Source: an uncultured Pseudomonadota bacterium
GTDB taxonomy: Bacteria > Bacillota > Sulfobacillia > JAUYEF01
DNA: 64,000 nucleotides
NCBI GenBank assembly: GCA_964417635.1
Contig: CAYQIY010000009.1
Location: forward strand, 24,675 to 88,674
Reading direction: 5' to 3'
Shown one piece after another: positions 53,515 to 63,029 of the stretch. Position 1 is the stretch's first letter; each line of letters starts with the position of its first letter. The notes under the pieces are model-generated. The model saw only the letters and a list, made by a program, of their open reading frames with translations, made no database searches and was not told the DNA's origin. The position numbers were made by a program, and so were the translations under genes.

Positions 53515-53933
53515 AAAACCTGCCGTTTCTCGTGTTTGGAGCGCTGTTCGGTTTCTTTCTCTCGAGAGTCGGTGCATCAGACTATAATCTCATATATAGA
53601 ATGTTTGAGCTCACCGACCTGACGCTAGCATGGGTGATACTCACTGCCATCGTTACCGCGGCTCTGGGCATGCGACTACTGCTAGGCGCCCGAACACACA
53701 CGTTCAGCGGAACGCGTATCTCGGTGAAGCAGAAACCACTCGTGTGGCTCAATGCAGCGGGAGGCGTGGTGTTCGGAGTCGGCTGGGCGATGTCTGGTGC
53801 ATGTCCTGGTACGGTGCTTGCCCAGCTCGGTGAAGGCAAACTACTTGCCGTGGCAACGGTACTCGGGCTAGTAACGGGCACTTACATATACGCAGTGCTT
53901 GTGGAGAAATGGCCTTCGTTAGGCAAGTCCTGA
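53511..53933 (+). CDS. YeeE/YedE-like membrane protein, second half-size subunit
   Basis: GTGA overlap. 'GVGWAMSGACPGTVLAQLG'. Confidence 0.7.
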   Translation: MKNLPFLVFGALFGFFLSRVGASDYNLIYRMFELTDLTLAWVILTAIVTAALGMRLLLGARTHTFSGTRISVKQKPLVWLNAAGGVVFGVGWAMSGACPGTVLAQLGEGKLLAVATVLGLVTGTYIYAVLVEKWPSLGKS

Positions 53934-53945
53934 TAACACTCAGTT

Positions 53946-53990
53946 ATGTAAGCAGCGTGATGCAGAGAACAGGCATCACGCTGCTTACAT
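53946..53990. terminator. 18-bp perfect hairpin between convergent genes
   Basis: ATGTAAGCAGCGTGATGC-9 nt-GCATCACGCTGCTTACAT. Confidence 0.6.
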
Positions 53991-53994
53991 CTCG

Positions 53995-54330
53995 CTAGTT
54001 CTCAATCGATTCGATTACCGCTTTCATGAAGACGGGCAAGTCTTTCGGAACCCTGGAGGTCACCAGGTTGCCGTCGACAACAACCGCTTGGTCAACGAAT
54101 GCGCAGCCAGCGTTTCGCATATCGTCGCGCACATTGCGAACCGCTGTCGCAGTCTTACCCTCAAGCGCTCCCGCAGATACTAGGACCCAGCCTGCGTGGC
54201 ATATCGCGGCAACTGTCTTGTTCTTGAAGAACACATCGCGTACCAGCGCTACAAGCGCATCGTTCACTCGCATTAGGTCTGGAGCATAGCCGCCTGGAAT
54301 TATGACAGCATCGATTTCGGACGCGTTCAC
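53995..54330 (-). pseudogene. DJ-1/PfpI-family protein lacking the N-terminal ~35-55 residues
   Basis: 'IDAVIIPGGYAP', 'AAICHAGWVL' and 'VVVDGNLVTSRVPKDL' are present. Homology continues in frame upstream to about 54400 without a usable start, and the divergent M14 gene begins at 54438/54444. Confidence 0.55.
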
Positions 54331-54443
54331 CTTATCTGCCGCTACGTCCTCTCTGGCCGGGTAGCCGAGATCGCATCTTTGCAGGAAGTTTGAACCTATT
54401 CTAGAACCAAAACCACATCTTAAACCCTGAGGGGGTCTTGCAT

Positions 54444-56114
54444 TTGGGTCTTGAGCTCAAGTTCGATCACTTCTACAAATACGATGAGGTCGTGGAGTTC
54501 ATAAACAAGGCCGGAAGCGAGTATCCGGACTTGGTCGACCTCGATTCTTTGGGCAAGAGTTACGAGGGAAGGGACATATGGTGCGTCACCATTACGAACA
54601 AAAAGAGCGGTCCGCACAACGAAAAGCCTGCGATGTATATAGACGCCAACATTCACGCAGGTGAAGTCACAGGCTCACATGTTGTGATGTACACCATACA
54701 GCAGCTGCTCGCCAACTACGGCATCCAGCCTGAAGTCACGCACCTTCTGGACACCCGCTCGTTCTACCTGCTTCCTCGCGTGAACCCTGACGGAGCAGAG
54801 TTGTATCTCACAACCCCCACCATGCTTAGGTCGTCAGTCCGGCCATACCCTGATGAACAGCCGAAAGAAGGCCTGCGCGCCGAAGACATAAACGGCGACG
54901 GCCTCATCCTGCAGATGAGGATTCGAGACGACACAGGGCCGTGGAAGGTGTCGGACAAAGACCCGCGTCTCATGGTGCTCAGGGCTCCCGATGAAACAAG
55001 CGGCACCTTCTACAGAGTCTACCCAGAAGGCAGAGTGTACGGCGAAGACATTGTACCTCTCAAAGTGGCCGCGTCGAAATACGGGCTGGATATAAACCGC
55101 AACTTTCCCGCCAACTGGGCTCTGGGACAGAGTGGTGCCGGCCCCTACCCACTATCTGAACCGGAGACTCGCACCATGGTCGAGTTTATCCTGAGTCGGC
55201 CGAATATCAGTGTGGCTCAGGCGTACCACACTACGGGCGGCGTTATCTACAGACCGTTCTGTTCCAAGCCTGACGACAAGATGAATTTTGAAGACCTGGC
55301 GCTGTTCCGGGCAATCGGGCTGCGCGGCGAGCAGATTACCGGGTATGAGTGCATCCCTGCTTCACATGGTGGCCTCGGCACGGTGCGCGCCGGAATCTTC
55401 ATCGATTGGTTGTACGAACATCGCGGGATTATTGGTTACACCACCGAGTTGTGGGACCTGATGGGCCGCGCCGGCGCAGACAAGAAGAAGGAGATGCGCG
55501 ACAAGACACCCAAGGACATTGAAGACGACCAACTCAAGATGCTTAGATGGCAAGACGAAAACCTCGATGGCAAAGGCTTTTGCAACTGGACAACATTCGA
55601 CCATCCGGAGCTAGGAGAGGTGGAAATTGGGGGCTGGATACCGAAGACCGTCCGCCAGAACGCGCCTCCGAGGCATCTGCTGGAAGAAGAGTGTGTCAAG
55701 AACTACAAGTTTACTAACGCGCATGCGCTCTGTTCGCCGTGTATCGTGCTTTCTCAGGTTTCGGTTGAGAGTGTGTCAGACACTCTCTTCCGTATTAGCG
55801 CGGTGATCTCAAATGATGGGTACATGGCTACCTACGGCACAGAACTGGCACGCAGCGCAAACTTGACCAAGCCTATCAAGGCATCAATATGCCTTCCGCC
55901 CAAAGCACAAGTTCTATGCGGCAAGGAAGAGGTTGAGATGGGTCATCTCGAAGGAAGGGCAAAGGCTGCGATGGGCTGGTATGGGCCAGGTGGTACAGCT
56001 GACTACCAGAAGAAGGTTGTCTGGATGGTAAAGGCAGCCAAAGGTGAGAAGGTTGTCATCTGCGTGCAGTCTGAACGAGCCGGAACCTGTAGACAAGAGG
56101 TGCTGCTTGGATAG
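54444..56114 (+). CDS. M14-family zinc carboxypeptidase
   Basis: 'FDHFYKYDEVVEFINKAGSEYPDLV..LGKSYEGRDIW', 'NIHAGEVTG'. TTG 54444 lies 8 nt after GAGGGGG (alternative TTG 54438). Confidence 0.8.
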   Translation: MGLELKFDHFYKYDEVVEFINKAGSEYPDLVDLDSLGKSYEGRDIWCVTITNKKSGPHNEKPAMYIDANIHAGEVTGSHVVMYTIQQLLANYGIQPEVTHLLDTRSFYLLPRVNPDGAELYLTTPTMLRSSVRPYPDEQPKEGLRAEDINGDGLILQMRIRDDTGPWKVSDKDPRLMVLRAPDETSGTFYRVYPEGRVYGEDIVPLKVAASKYGLDINRNFPANWALGQSGAGPYPLSEPETRTMVEFILSRPNISVAQAYHTTGGVIYRPFCSKPDDKMNFEDLALFRAIGLRGEQITGYECIPASHGGLGTVRAGIFIDWLYEHRGIIGYTTELWDLMGRAGADKKKEMRDKTPKDIEDDQLKMLRWQDENLDGKGFCNWTTFDHPELGEVEIGGWIPKTVRQNAPPRHLLEEECVKNYKFTNAHALCSPCIVLSQVSVESVSDTLFRISAVISNDGYMATYGTELARSANLTKPIKASICLPPKAQVLCGKEEVEMGHLEGRAKAAMGWYGPGGTADYQKKVVWMVKAAKGEKVVICVQSERAGTCRQEVLLG

Positions 56115-56143
56115 ACCTTAAGAATGGCAGGAGGAGATATCTC

Positions 56144-58030
56144 GTGGCAAACAACAGGAGCATAATCCGTGTAGACCTTTCGCAAAGAAGCATACATGTT
56201 GAAGAGCAAAGCGATATATTCTTCCGCAAGTACCTCGGCGGAAAAGGCGTAGCAGCGTACTACTTGCTGAACGAAGTGCCGAAGAACGCCGATCCTCTTG
56301 GACCTGAAAACGTTCTGGTGTTCTGCACAGGCGTGCTCGCAGGCACGAGCCTGCCTGGTTTTTCGCGCGCGGTGATAGCAGCCAAGTCGCCGCTTACAGC
56401 AGGGCACGCTGAGAGCGAAGTGGGCGGCTCATGGGCAGCAGAACTTAAGCGAGCCGGATACGATGCGCTCATAGTCAGCGGCAAGAGCGACACTCCCGTG
56501 TGCATAGAAATCTGCGACGAAAGACTTGAACTGGTTGACGCTTCTTCAGTATGGGGGCTTAGTACGCAGAAGACAGAAGACGGGTTGAGAGACCACTTTC
56601 CGCGCAAACCTGCTGTCATGAGCATCGGGCCTGCAGGCGAAAACCTGGTCAAGTTCGCATGCATAATGCAAGGAGAACGCAACGCAGCCGGTCGAGGTGG
56701 GCTTGGAGCGGTGATGGGCTCGAAGAATCTTAAGGCTGTGGCAGTCTGCGGAACCCACAAGGTGAAGTTGCACGATGAATCTCAGCTAAGTTCGATAACG
56801 AAATGGTTCGCGCAGAATTACAAGCAAAACGCGCCCAGCGTTGCGCTGTTCGAATCGGGCACAGCCGCCATAATACCTGCACTTCAGGCATCGGCTATGC
56901 TACCTACAAGAAATTTTGCCCGCGGCCAGTTCGAGCACTGGAAAGACCTCAGCAGGCTCGGCGGAACCTGGGACTACGAAATGGTTGGCAAGAGTTGCTG
57001 GGCATGTCCAATAAGGTGCAAGCGCTCTTTCAAACTTGATGAGATAGAGACGCTTGAAGACAGCGTTGCCGGCCCCGAGTACGAGACTATAGGCTCATTT
57101 GGGTCCAACCTGTGCATAGGCGATCTGATGACCATCGTCAGGGCGAACCACTTCTGTAACGAGATGGGACTCGATACGATTTCGGCAGGGGTTGTGCTGG
57201 GCTTTGTGATGGAGTGCGTGGAAAACGGGCTAATACAAGACGAAGAATTGCTCAAGTTAAGGCCTGAGTTCGGTAATGAGCAGTGTGTACTGCCGTTACT
57301 TGAACTCATAACCTACCGCAGGGGCTTCGGTGATACTCTCGCAGAGGGTGTAAGGGCAGCAGCAGAGCAGATCGGCGGCGATGCGCACAGGTTCGCGATG
57401 CACGTAAAAGGCCAAGAGTTGCCGATGCATGACCCGAGGGGCAAGGTCAGCGTCGGAATTGGCTATGCTGTGGCAGAACACGGCGCCGACCACATGACAG
57501 CGATGCACGACACGGGGCTCGTCAAAGAGGGTATGTATCCGCTCGTCACCTGCGCTCCACTCGGCCTGTACGAGCCAACTCCGGCACTGCTTCTCGACGA
57601 AGCCAAGGTCAGGCAATACTACTACCTGCAGACATGGTGGGATGCCTTGAAGTGTCTGGGCGCGTGCTTTTTCTGCGTGGCTCCAAGAGGACTGCTCCCG
57701 ATAAACTACGTGGTTGATGCAGTACGAGCTGCCACAGGCTGGGATTACTCATTGTTTGAGGCGCTAAAATCAGGTGAGCGAGCCGCTGCTATGGCGCGCA
57801 GTTTTAACGTTCGCGAAGGGCTGGAAGCCGAGTCGGACTGGCTTCCCGAAAGGCTCTTCGAGTCTTCGGGCGAACAGGGCCAAGGCTACGAAGGCATAGA
57901 CAGAACAAGATTTGCCGAGTGCATAGCGCTCTACCGCAAGATGCGGGGCTGGGATGAGCACACATCTGTACCTTCTCGTGCCAAACTTGCTGAACTGGAC
58001 ATCCTGTGGGCCTGGGAGTTGCTCAAGTGA
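56144..58030 (+). CDS. aor: Aldehyde:ferredoxin oxidoreductase (tungstopterin AOR family)
   Basis: 'IIRVDLSQRSI', 'GGKGVAAYYL', 'EYETIGSFGSNLCI' and 'GLDTISAG' blocks. 628 aa. Confidence 0.9.
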   Translation: MANNRSIIRVDLSQRSIHVEEQSDIFFRKYLGGKGVAAYYLLNEVPKNADPLGPENVLVFCTGVLAGTSLPGFSRAVIAAKSPLTAGHAESEVGGSWAAELKRAGYDALIVSGKSDTPVCIEICDERLELVDASSVWGLSTQKTEDGLRDHFPRKPAVMSIGPAGENLVKFACIMQGERNAAGRGGLGAVMGSKNLKAVAVCGTHKVKLHDESQLSSITKWFAQNYKQNAPSVALFESGTAAIIPALQASAMLPTRNFARGQFEHWKDLSRLGGTWDYEMVGKSCWACPIRCKRSFKLDEIETLEDSVAGPEYETIGSFGSNLCIGDLMTIVRANHFCNEMGLDTISAGVVLGFVMECVENGLIQDEELLKLRPEFGNEQCVLPLLELITYRRGFGDTLAEGVRAAAEQIGGDAHRFAMHVKGQELPMHDPRGKVSVGIGYAVAEHGADHMTAMHDTGLVKEGMYPLVTCAPLGLYEPTPALLLDEAKVRQYYYLQTWWDALKCLGACFFCVAPRGLLPINYVVDAVRAATGWDYSLFEALKSGERAAAMARSFNVREGLEAESDWLPERLFESSGEQGQGYEGIDRTRFAECIALYRKMRGWDEHTSVPSRAKLAELDILWAWELLK

Positions 58031-58254
58031 TCACACTACACCTGATGAACGGGCTTCACGTAGAGCACCCCGGCCAGCTCAAGACGATACGGGCGCATGC
58101 CGAAGGTATGAGCATGAAGCAAGCGCTGCTTGACCAGTGCATACCTCTTGATCTGGTATGGATGGTAACGCTCGGATCACGCGTCGTAAGCATGCAGCAT
58201 GTGCTGCACGATGCAGATGAAGTCTGGGTCTATCCCCCGGTTGATGGAGGATAG
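58027..58254 (+). CDS. MoaD/ThiS-like ubiquitin-fold protein ending in Gly-Gly
   Basis: GTGA overlap with the aor stop. C-terminus 'DEVWVYPPVDGG'. Confidence 0.7.
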   Translation: MITLHLMNGLHVEHPGQLKTIRAHAEGMSMKQALLDQCIPLDLVWMVTLGSRVVSMQHVLHDADEVWVYPPVDGG

Positions 58255-58293
58255 GACGAAACACCGAATACACACATAGTTGGAGGAGACGAC

Positions 58294-59421
58294 ATGGCAG
58301 ACAACGCGGTGAGAAAACAGGATATTGAGACACCGGCACTTGTAATTGACCTTGACGCGCTTGAGCGCAACATGGACAAAATAGAGCGAGATCTGCAACA
58401 TTCAGCTGCAAAACTGAGACCTCATGCAAAAAGCCACAAGACACCGGAGATCGCACTCAAGCAGCTCGAGCGCGGTGCAGTCGGCATCACCTGCGCCAAG
58501 ATGGGCGAGGCAGAGGCGATGGTAGAAGGCGGAGTCGACCGCGTGCTAATCTCCTCCGAGCTCATAGGAGCGTCAAAGAATAGGCGTGCAGCAGAGCTCG
58601 CAAAGCGCGCCGAGGTCATAGTGGCTTGCGAGAACGAGTTCAACGTAAAGGAGCTCGCCCACGCAGCAAGACTCGCGGGTAGTACACCCGGAGCCATAAT
58701 CGAGGCGGACATAGGCAACAGGCGCTGTGGCGTCAGATCTGCTGAGCAAGCGGTTGCACTCGCGCGCATAATAGCAGATGAACCTGCTCTCCGCTTTAGA
58801 GGCATCATGGGGTACGAGGGACAGTGCGTGTTTATCAAGCAGTTCGACGAACGCCGGCAGGCGGCTGACAAAGCAATAAGCACACTGCTTGAGATGGCTC
58901 ATGCTATAGAGAACGCCGGAATTCCGGTGGAAATAGTAAGCGCCGGCGGAACCGGAACGTACAACATCACAGGCCTCTTCCCCGGTGTGACTGACATCCA
59001 GGTAGGTTCGTACATCCTGATGGATGCGAGATATGGCTCTATCGAAGGCATCAATTTCGAGCAATCGCTATATGTGCTCTCTACTGTTGTGAGTCGGCCT
59101 TTGAGCGACCTAGCGATACTCGACTACGGTCTTAAGTCTGTCCCGGCCGAGTTCGGCTTTGCGTCTCCTGCACCGAGCACTTACCGTGACGGCTCGCACA
59201 ACGCGTTCGGAATAGACGGTACCGAAGTGATTGGATTGTCTGAAGAGCACGCGAGGCTCGCTCTTAAGAACCCATCGCGAGATCTCAAAGTAGGAGACAA
59301 GGTGGACATCGTACCCACCCATTGCTGTACGACGATGAACACGCACGATAGGGTGTATGTCGTAAGAGGTGACACGGTCGAAGCCATATGGAACATCACC
59401 GCAAGAGGCAAGTGCGTATAA
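58294..59421 (+). CDS. DSD1-family PLP enzyme (D-serine dehydratase / D-threonine aldolase-like, alanine-racemase N-terminal fold)
   Basis: 'TPALVIDLDALERNM..LRPHAKSHKTPEIA..GITCAKMGEAE'. Confidence 0.8.
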   Translation: MADNAVRKQDIETPALVIDLDALERNMDKIERDLQHSAAKLRPHAKSHKTPEIALKQLERGAVGITCAKMGEAEAMVEGGVDRVLISSELIGASKNRRAAELAKRAEVIVACENEFNVKELAHAARLAGSTPGAIIEADIGNRRCGVRSAEQAVALARIIADEPALRFRGIMGYEGQCVFIKQFDERRQAADKAISTLLEMAHAIENAGIPVEIVSAGGTGTYNITGLFPGVTDIQVGSYILMDARYGSIEGINFEQSLYVLSTVVSRPLSDLAILDYGLKSVPAEFGFASPAPSTYRDGSHNAFGIDGTEVIGLSEEHARLALKNPSRDLKVGDKVDIVPTHCCTTMNTHDRVYVVRGDTVEAIWNITARGKCV

Positions 59422-59732
59422 TCACCGATACGGATGTATACAGCATAGTGAGCAATATACCCAAAGGCAAAGTGGCTACTTACGGCCAGATTGCGGCTAT
59501 GCTGGGTAATCCGAGAGCGGCTCGGCGCATCGGTTGGGCTATGAGCCGGGCTCACGGCCAAGCACTGCCGTGTCACCGGGTTGTCCGAAGAGACGGCTCG
59601 CTTGCACCGTGGTACGTATTCGGTGCACAGCAAGTGCAGAGGGATGAACTTGAGAGTGAAGGAATCGCGTTCCTTGACGACGGCAGGATAGACATGCGCC
59701 GTCACCTGTGGGACGGCAAGAATCAGTCATAG
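59388..59732 (+). CDS. MGMT-family DNA-binding domain protein (Ogt/YbaZ-like)
   Basis: 'IPKGKVATYGQIAAMLGNPRAARRIG..LPCHRVV'. Start ambiguous (ATG 59388 or GTG 59412); both overlap the upstream gene. Confidence 0.75.
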   Translation: MEHHRKRQVRIITDTDVYSIVSNIPKGKVATYGQIAAMLGNPRAARRIGWAMSRAHGQALPCHRVVRRDGSLAPWYVFGAQQVQRDELESEGIAFLDDGRIDMRRHLWDGKNQS

Positions 59733-59744
59733 GAGGTCACGGCA

Positions 59745-60860
59745 ATGGAGCAGCGCCTATTCTCACGCGCTCTGGGCTATCTGGAAAAACTAGTGTCAAT
59801 CCCAAGCGTAAGTGGCGATGAACGTGAGATATCTCTGTACCTCGCCGACGTGCTCTCTAAGCTGGGCCTCAAAGTAGAGCTCCAGCCTGTGGGCAAGCGC
59901 TACAATGTTGTCGCTCGAACCGAGAGCACACAGCAGCAAGCTGCCATCTTGCTCACAGGCCACACCGACACGGTGCCGGTTGTCGACGGCTGGACGAAGA
60001 AACCGTTTGCCCCGGAACGAATTGGCGACAGACTGTTCGGACTAGGTGCAGCTGACCAAAAGGCAGGCATAGCGGCGCAGCTTGCCGCGCTATCGTTGCT
60101 TTGCGATGAGGGGACGCTTTCTGCACGCAATATCCTTGTGGCGTTCACACCCGACGAAGAAGCACTATCCCTCGGAATGCTGGCTTTTCTGGAGAAAGAG
60201 CCTCGCGCTCGGCTTGCCATCCTGTCTGAACCACATTTCTCTCCGGCTACAATCGGCTGGCCGGGCAAGATACTAGTACGCGTCGAAGTGCACGGCAAAG
60301 CGGCACACGGTGGAAGACCTCAGCAAGGCGTAAACGCCATAGAAGAAGCATCTCGGTTTCTTGTGGCGCTCGGAACAGCCCGGGTGGCAGAGCATCCGCA
60401 TCTGGGTACGCATCCGTTTGTGACGCTTTCAATCCAAGGAGGCTACGAGCGCTATTCTCTCACTGTCCCCGCCAGATGCGATATCACGCTGTCTAAGCAG
60501 CTCGTGCCGGGAGAAACCAAAGAATCGGTATTGAGGCTTGTATCTGAAGCAGCGATGGCAGCAAAGCACGCACGCGTTGAGAACAGACTCGACAGACCTT
60601 ACTATCCTCCCGCAGAAGTGCATCCCGACCATCCTGAGATCAGATGGTTCGCGGGTGTATTCGAGAAGGTAACTCAGAAGCGCCTGTCGCTGGGATACGG
60701 CCGAGGTGTATGCGACGCCGACTACCTGGTGTCAGCCGGCATACCCACTATAAGTTTCGGACCATCAGGCGGAAATACGCATCAGCCTGATGAATGGGTG
60801 TCGCTTGACGAGCTCTTGGTTTGCTCCCGGGTCTATTATGAAGCGTGCAAGCAAACCTGA
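59745..60860 (+). CDS. M20-family peptidase (ArgE/DapE-like)
   Basis: 'ILLTGHTDTVP', 'GLGAADQKAG'. AGGAGG RBS. Confidence 0.85.
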   Translation: MEQRLFSRALGYLEKLVSIPSVSGDEREISLYLADVLSKLGLKVELQPVGKRYNVVARTESTQQQAAILLTGHTDTVPVVDGWTKKPFAPERIGDRLFGLGAADQKAGIAAQLAALSLLCDEGTLSARNILVAFTPDEEALSLGMLAFLEKEPRARLAILSEPHFSPATIGWPGKILVRVEVHGKAAHGGRPQQGVNAIEEASRFLVALGTARVAEHPHLGTHPFVTLSIQGGYERYSLTVPARCDITLSKQLVPGETKESVLRLVSEAAMAAKHARVENRLDRPYYPPAEVHPDHPEIRWFAGVFEKVTQKRLSLGYGRGVCDADYLVSAGIPTISFGPSGGNTHQPDEWVSLDELLVCSRVYYEACKQT

Positions 60861-60861
60861 A

Positions 60862-61803
60862 TCACGCATTCTTGTGCGCAGTTTGGGTACGTGCGTTTGG
60901 CTGAGGCAGTCTAATTTGAGATTCTTGTGCGCGCTTTAGTTCAACCCATGCCACGGCAACCACTATGAGTGCTCCGCCCATAATCTGTATAGGCGTCAAG
61001 TACTCTCTTATGAAGAGCGCGGCAAATGCCGAGGCAAGCACAGGTTCTAACATGCTGATCAGAATTGCCTGCAGCGCTGGAACTTGTTTCAGACCGTAGA
61101 GAAACAGTCCGAACGGTATCAGTGTTCCGAGTAACGCCATGAACACAAGGAATAGCCAATCGGTGGATACAAGGTTCATACCACGTATAACCCACGGCGG
61201 TTGCACAAAGAACAGCACCACACTACCCGAAAGAAGTCCCCAGAATAGCGCCGTCCAAGACGAGTATAGTTTCACTCCATGCGCCCCATAGATAGCGTAG
61301 AACGCCATCATCACGGCAGACATCAGGCCAGCGGCAAGCCCGAGCGAAGTAGTAGCGATCGTCCCACTGCCCAGAAGCAGCAATCCCGAGCCGCACATTG
61401 CCACAAGCAGGCTCGAGATCACGTACGCCGGTGGCAAGCGCCTATGGCGCACAGCATAATACACAGCGGCCAGCAACGGAGCAGTGTACTGCAGGAAGAT
61501 CGCCGAAGACACGGTGCCTTCGCGCACCGCGGTAAAATACGCTAGTTGCACGAGAGCCATCCCGAAAGCACCGTGCACAAAGAAGTACGGTACGTGTCGC
61601 CTGCCAATAACGAGCAGGTGGCGCGAAAATGCAAAGAGCAGGACGAAGAGCACTAGTGCAGCGATCGTCATTCGTGCCTGGACTATGAGCAATGGAGCGA
61701 GCGGGCGGCTCTTGAACATGTATTTGGCAGATACGGCACTCAAAGACCAGAACACCGTAGCCATCATGATGAAAAAACTACCCCTGAGTTCGTGTGTTTT
61801 CAT
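60862..61803 (-). CDS. EamA/DMT-family transporter
   Basis: 10-TM duplicated EamA-like sequence. Confidence 0.8.
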   Translation of the reverse strand: MKTHELRGSFFIMMATVFWSLSAVSAKYMFKSRPLAPLLIVQARMTIAALVLFVLLFAFSRHLLVIGRRHVPYFFVHGAFGMALVQLAYFTAVREGTVSSAIFLQYTAPLLAAVYYAVRHRRLPPAYVISSLLVAMCGSGLLLLGSGTIATTSLGLAAGLMSAVMMAFYAIYGAHGVKLYSSWTALFWGLLSGSVVLFFVQPPWVIRGMNLVSTDWLFLVFMALLGTLIPFGLFLYGLKQVPALQAILISMLEPVLASAFAALFIREYLTPIQIMGGALIVVAVAWVELKRAQESQIRLPQPNARTQTAHKNA

Positions 61804-61847
61804 AAGCCGAGTTGTTCGCCACCAACGGTTAGAATCCTCTGCAACTC

Positions 61848-62420
61848 TTACTTCTGTTTATCATTAAGCCAGTACACTCCCTGAGAGCGCATCATGAACC
61901 CAAAGTCGACAAGCTCTCTCCGGAGAGTTGCGAAATCCGAATGGTACTGCTTGAGTATCTCGTTGACCTCTTTTTCGCGATAACGCACGCCAGGCTCGAA
62001 CTGTGATGCAAGCCACTTGAGCACCACGACCCGCTTCTTGGGACTCACGGGGATGTTTGTTATGGAGCCTCCTTGGTCTGTAAACGACGCAAGCACCTTT
62101 TTCTCCCACGCATCTGCCGTCATCTCGGCAGCAAGAGGTAGCACCTTGTCACTCGCCAAATACTCACGACTGAGTCTGGCCAAGCACTCTACATCGAGCC
62201 GGTAGATATGAGTAGTACCCTCTTTCCGCATCTCGCAAAGGCCTATGCTACGCAGTTTTGCCAGGTGGTGGGATATCGTGGGAGCCTGCAGACCGAGAAT
62301 ACTGGCGAGTTCATCCACACTACACTCGCGGTTGGCCAGAACGCCTATGATCTTGAGCCTGCTCTCGTCGGCGAGAACCTTAAAGAACCTTAGCAGGTTT
62401 TCAAACCTTTCTTCTTCCAT
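61848..62420 (-). CDS. ArsR-type HTH regulator with C-terminal DUF2087-like domain
   Basis: 'FKVLADESRLKIIGVLA..CSVDELA..APTISHHLAKL', then 'VVVLKWLASQFEPGVRYREKEVNEIL'. Confidence 0.8.
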   Translation of the reverse strand: MEEERFENLLRFFKVLADESRLKIIGVLANRECSVDELASILGLQAPTISHHLAKLRSIGLCEMRKEGTTHIYRLDVECLARLSREYLASDKVLPLAAEMTADAWEKKVLASFTDQGGSITNIPVSPKKRVVVLKWLASQFEPGVRYREKEVNEILKQYHSDFATLRRELVDFGFMMRSQGVYWLNDKQK

Positions 62421-62432
62421 GACACCCGCTCC

Positions 62433-62448
62433 TTAGATGCTTATCTAA
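62433..62448 (-). promoter_or_regulatory. Inverted repeat upstream of the arsR-DUF2087 gene (candidate autoregulatory operator)
   Basis: TTAGAT-GCTT-ATCTAA, 13-28 nt upstream of the start codon. Confidence 0.4.
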
Positions 62449-62520
62449 TTAGAAGTATATCAAATGAACCTACTCCTTGCCATACACCCGTGATCACTCT
62501 CACATACATCATGCGCTTGC

Positions 62521-62549
62521 TTGACCCGACCATAAGGCGGTGCTATGAT
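62521..62549 (+). promoter_or_regulatory. SigmaA-like promoter for the yaiI-like gene
   Basis: TTGACC-17 nt-TATGAT, about 35 nt before the start codon. Confidence 0.5.
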
Positions 62550-62582
62550 GTGGAGAACAAAATCGGGGGTGGCTGATCGCAC

Positions 62583-63029
62583 ATGCGGATAGTGGTTGAC
62601 GCGGACGCGTGCCCGAAGAGTGTACTTAGTATATGTTTCTGCCTGGGCCGCGAGTACTCGTTACCTGTGCTCACGGTGGCAAACCACCACCACATCATCG
62701 ATTCTCCGAACCACGTGCTGGTTGGGGGTGACCCTGAAGAGACTGACATAAAGATAGCAAACCTGGTCACGCGAGCAGACATTGTGGTCACTCAGGACTG
62801 GGGCCTTGCAGCCATTGTGCTCGGCCGAGGTGCCTACTGTCTGTCCCTTACAGGCATGGAGTATCGCGCTGAAACCATAGAATTCATGCTGGAGGAGCGA
62901 GACCTTAAAGCGAGACACCGAAGAGGCGGAGGAAGGACGAAGGGTCCCCGGAAGCGCACTGCCGGAGACGATGAGCGCTTCAAGGCACAGCTAGAACAAA
63001 TCATCTGCCGCATCCAACCGAGCAGCTGA
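62583..63029 (+). CDS. YaiI/YqxD-family protein (UPF0178/DUF188)
   Basis: 'MRIVVDADACP' N-terminus, 'VVTQDWGLAA'. Confidence 0.8.
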   Translation: MRIVVDADACPKSVLSICFCLGREYSLPVLTVANHHHIIDSPNHVLVGGDPEETDIKIANLVTRADIVVTQDWGLAAIVLGRGAYCLSLTGMEYRAETIEFMLEERDLKARHRRGGGRTKGPRKRTAGDDERFKAQLEQIICRIQPSS

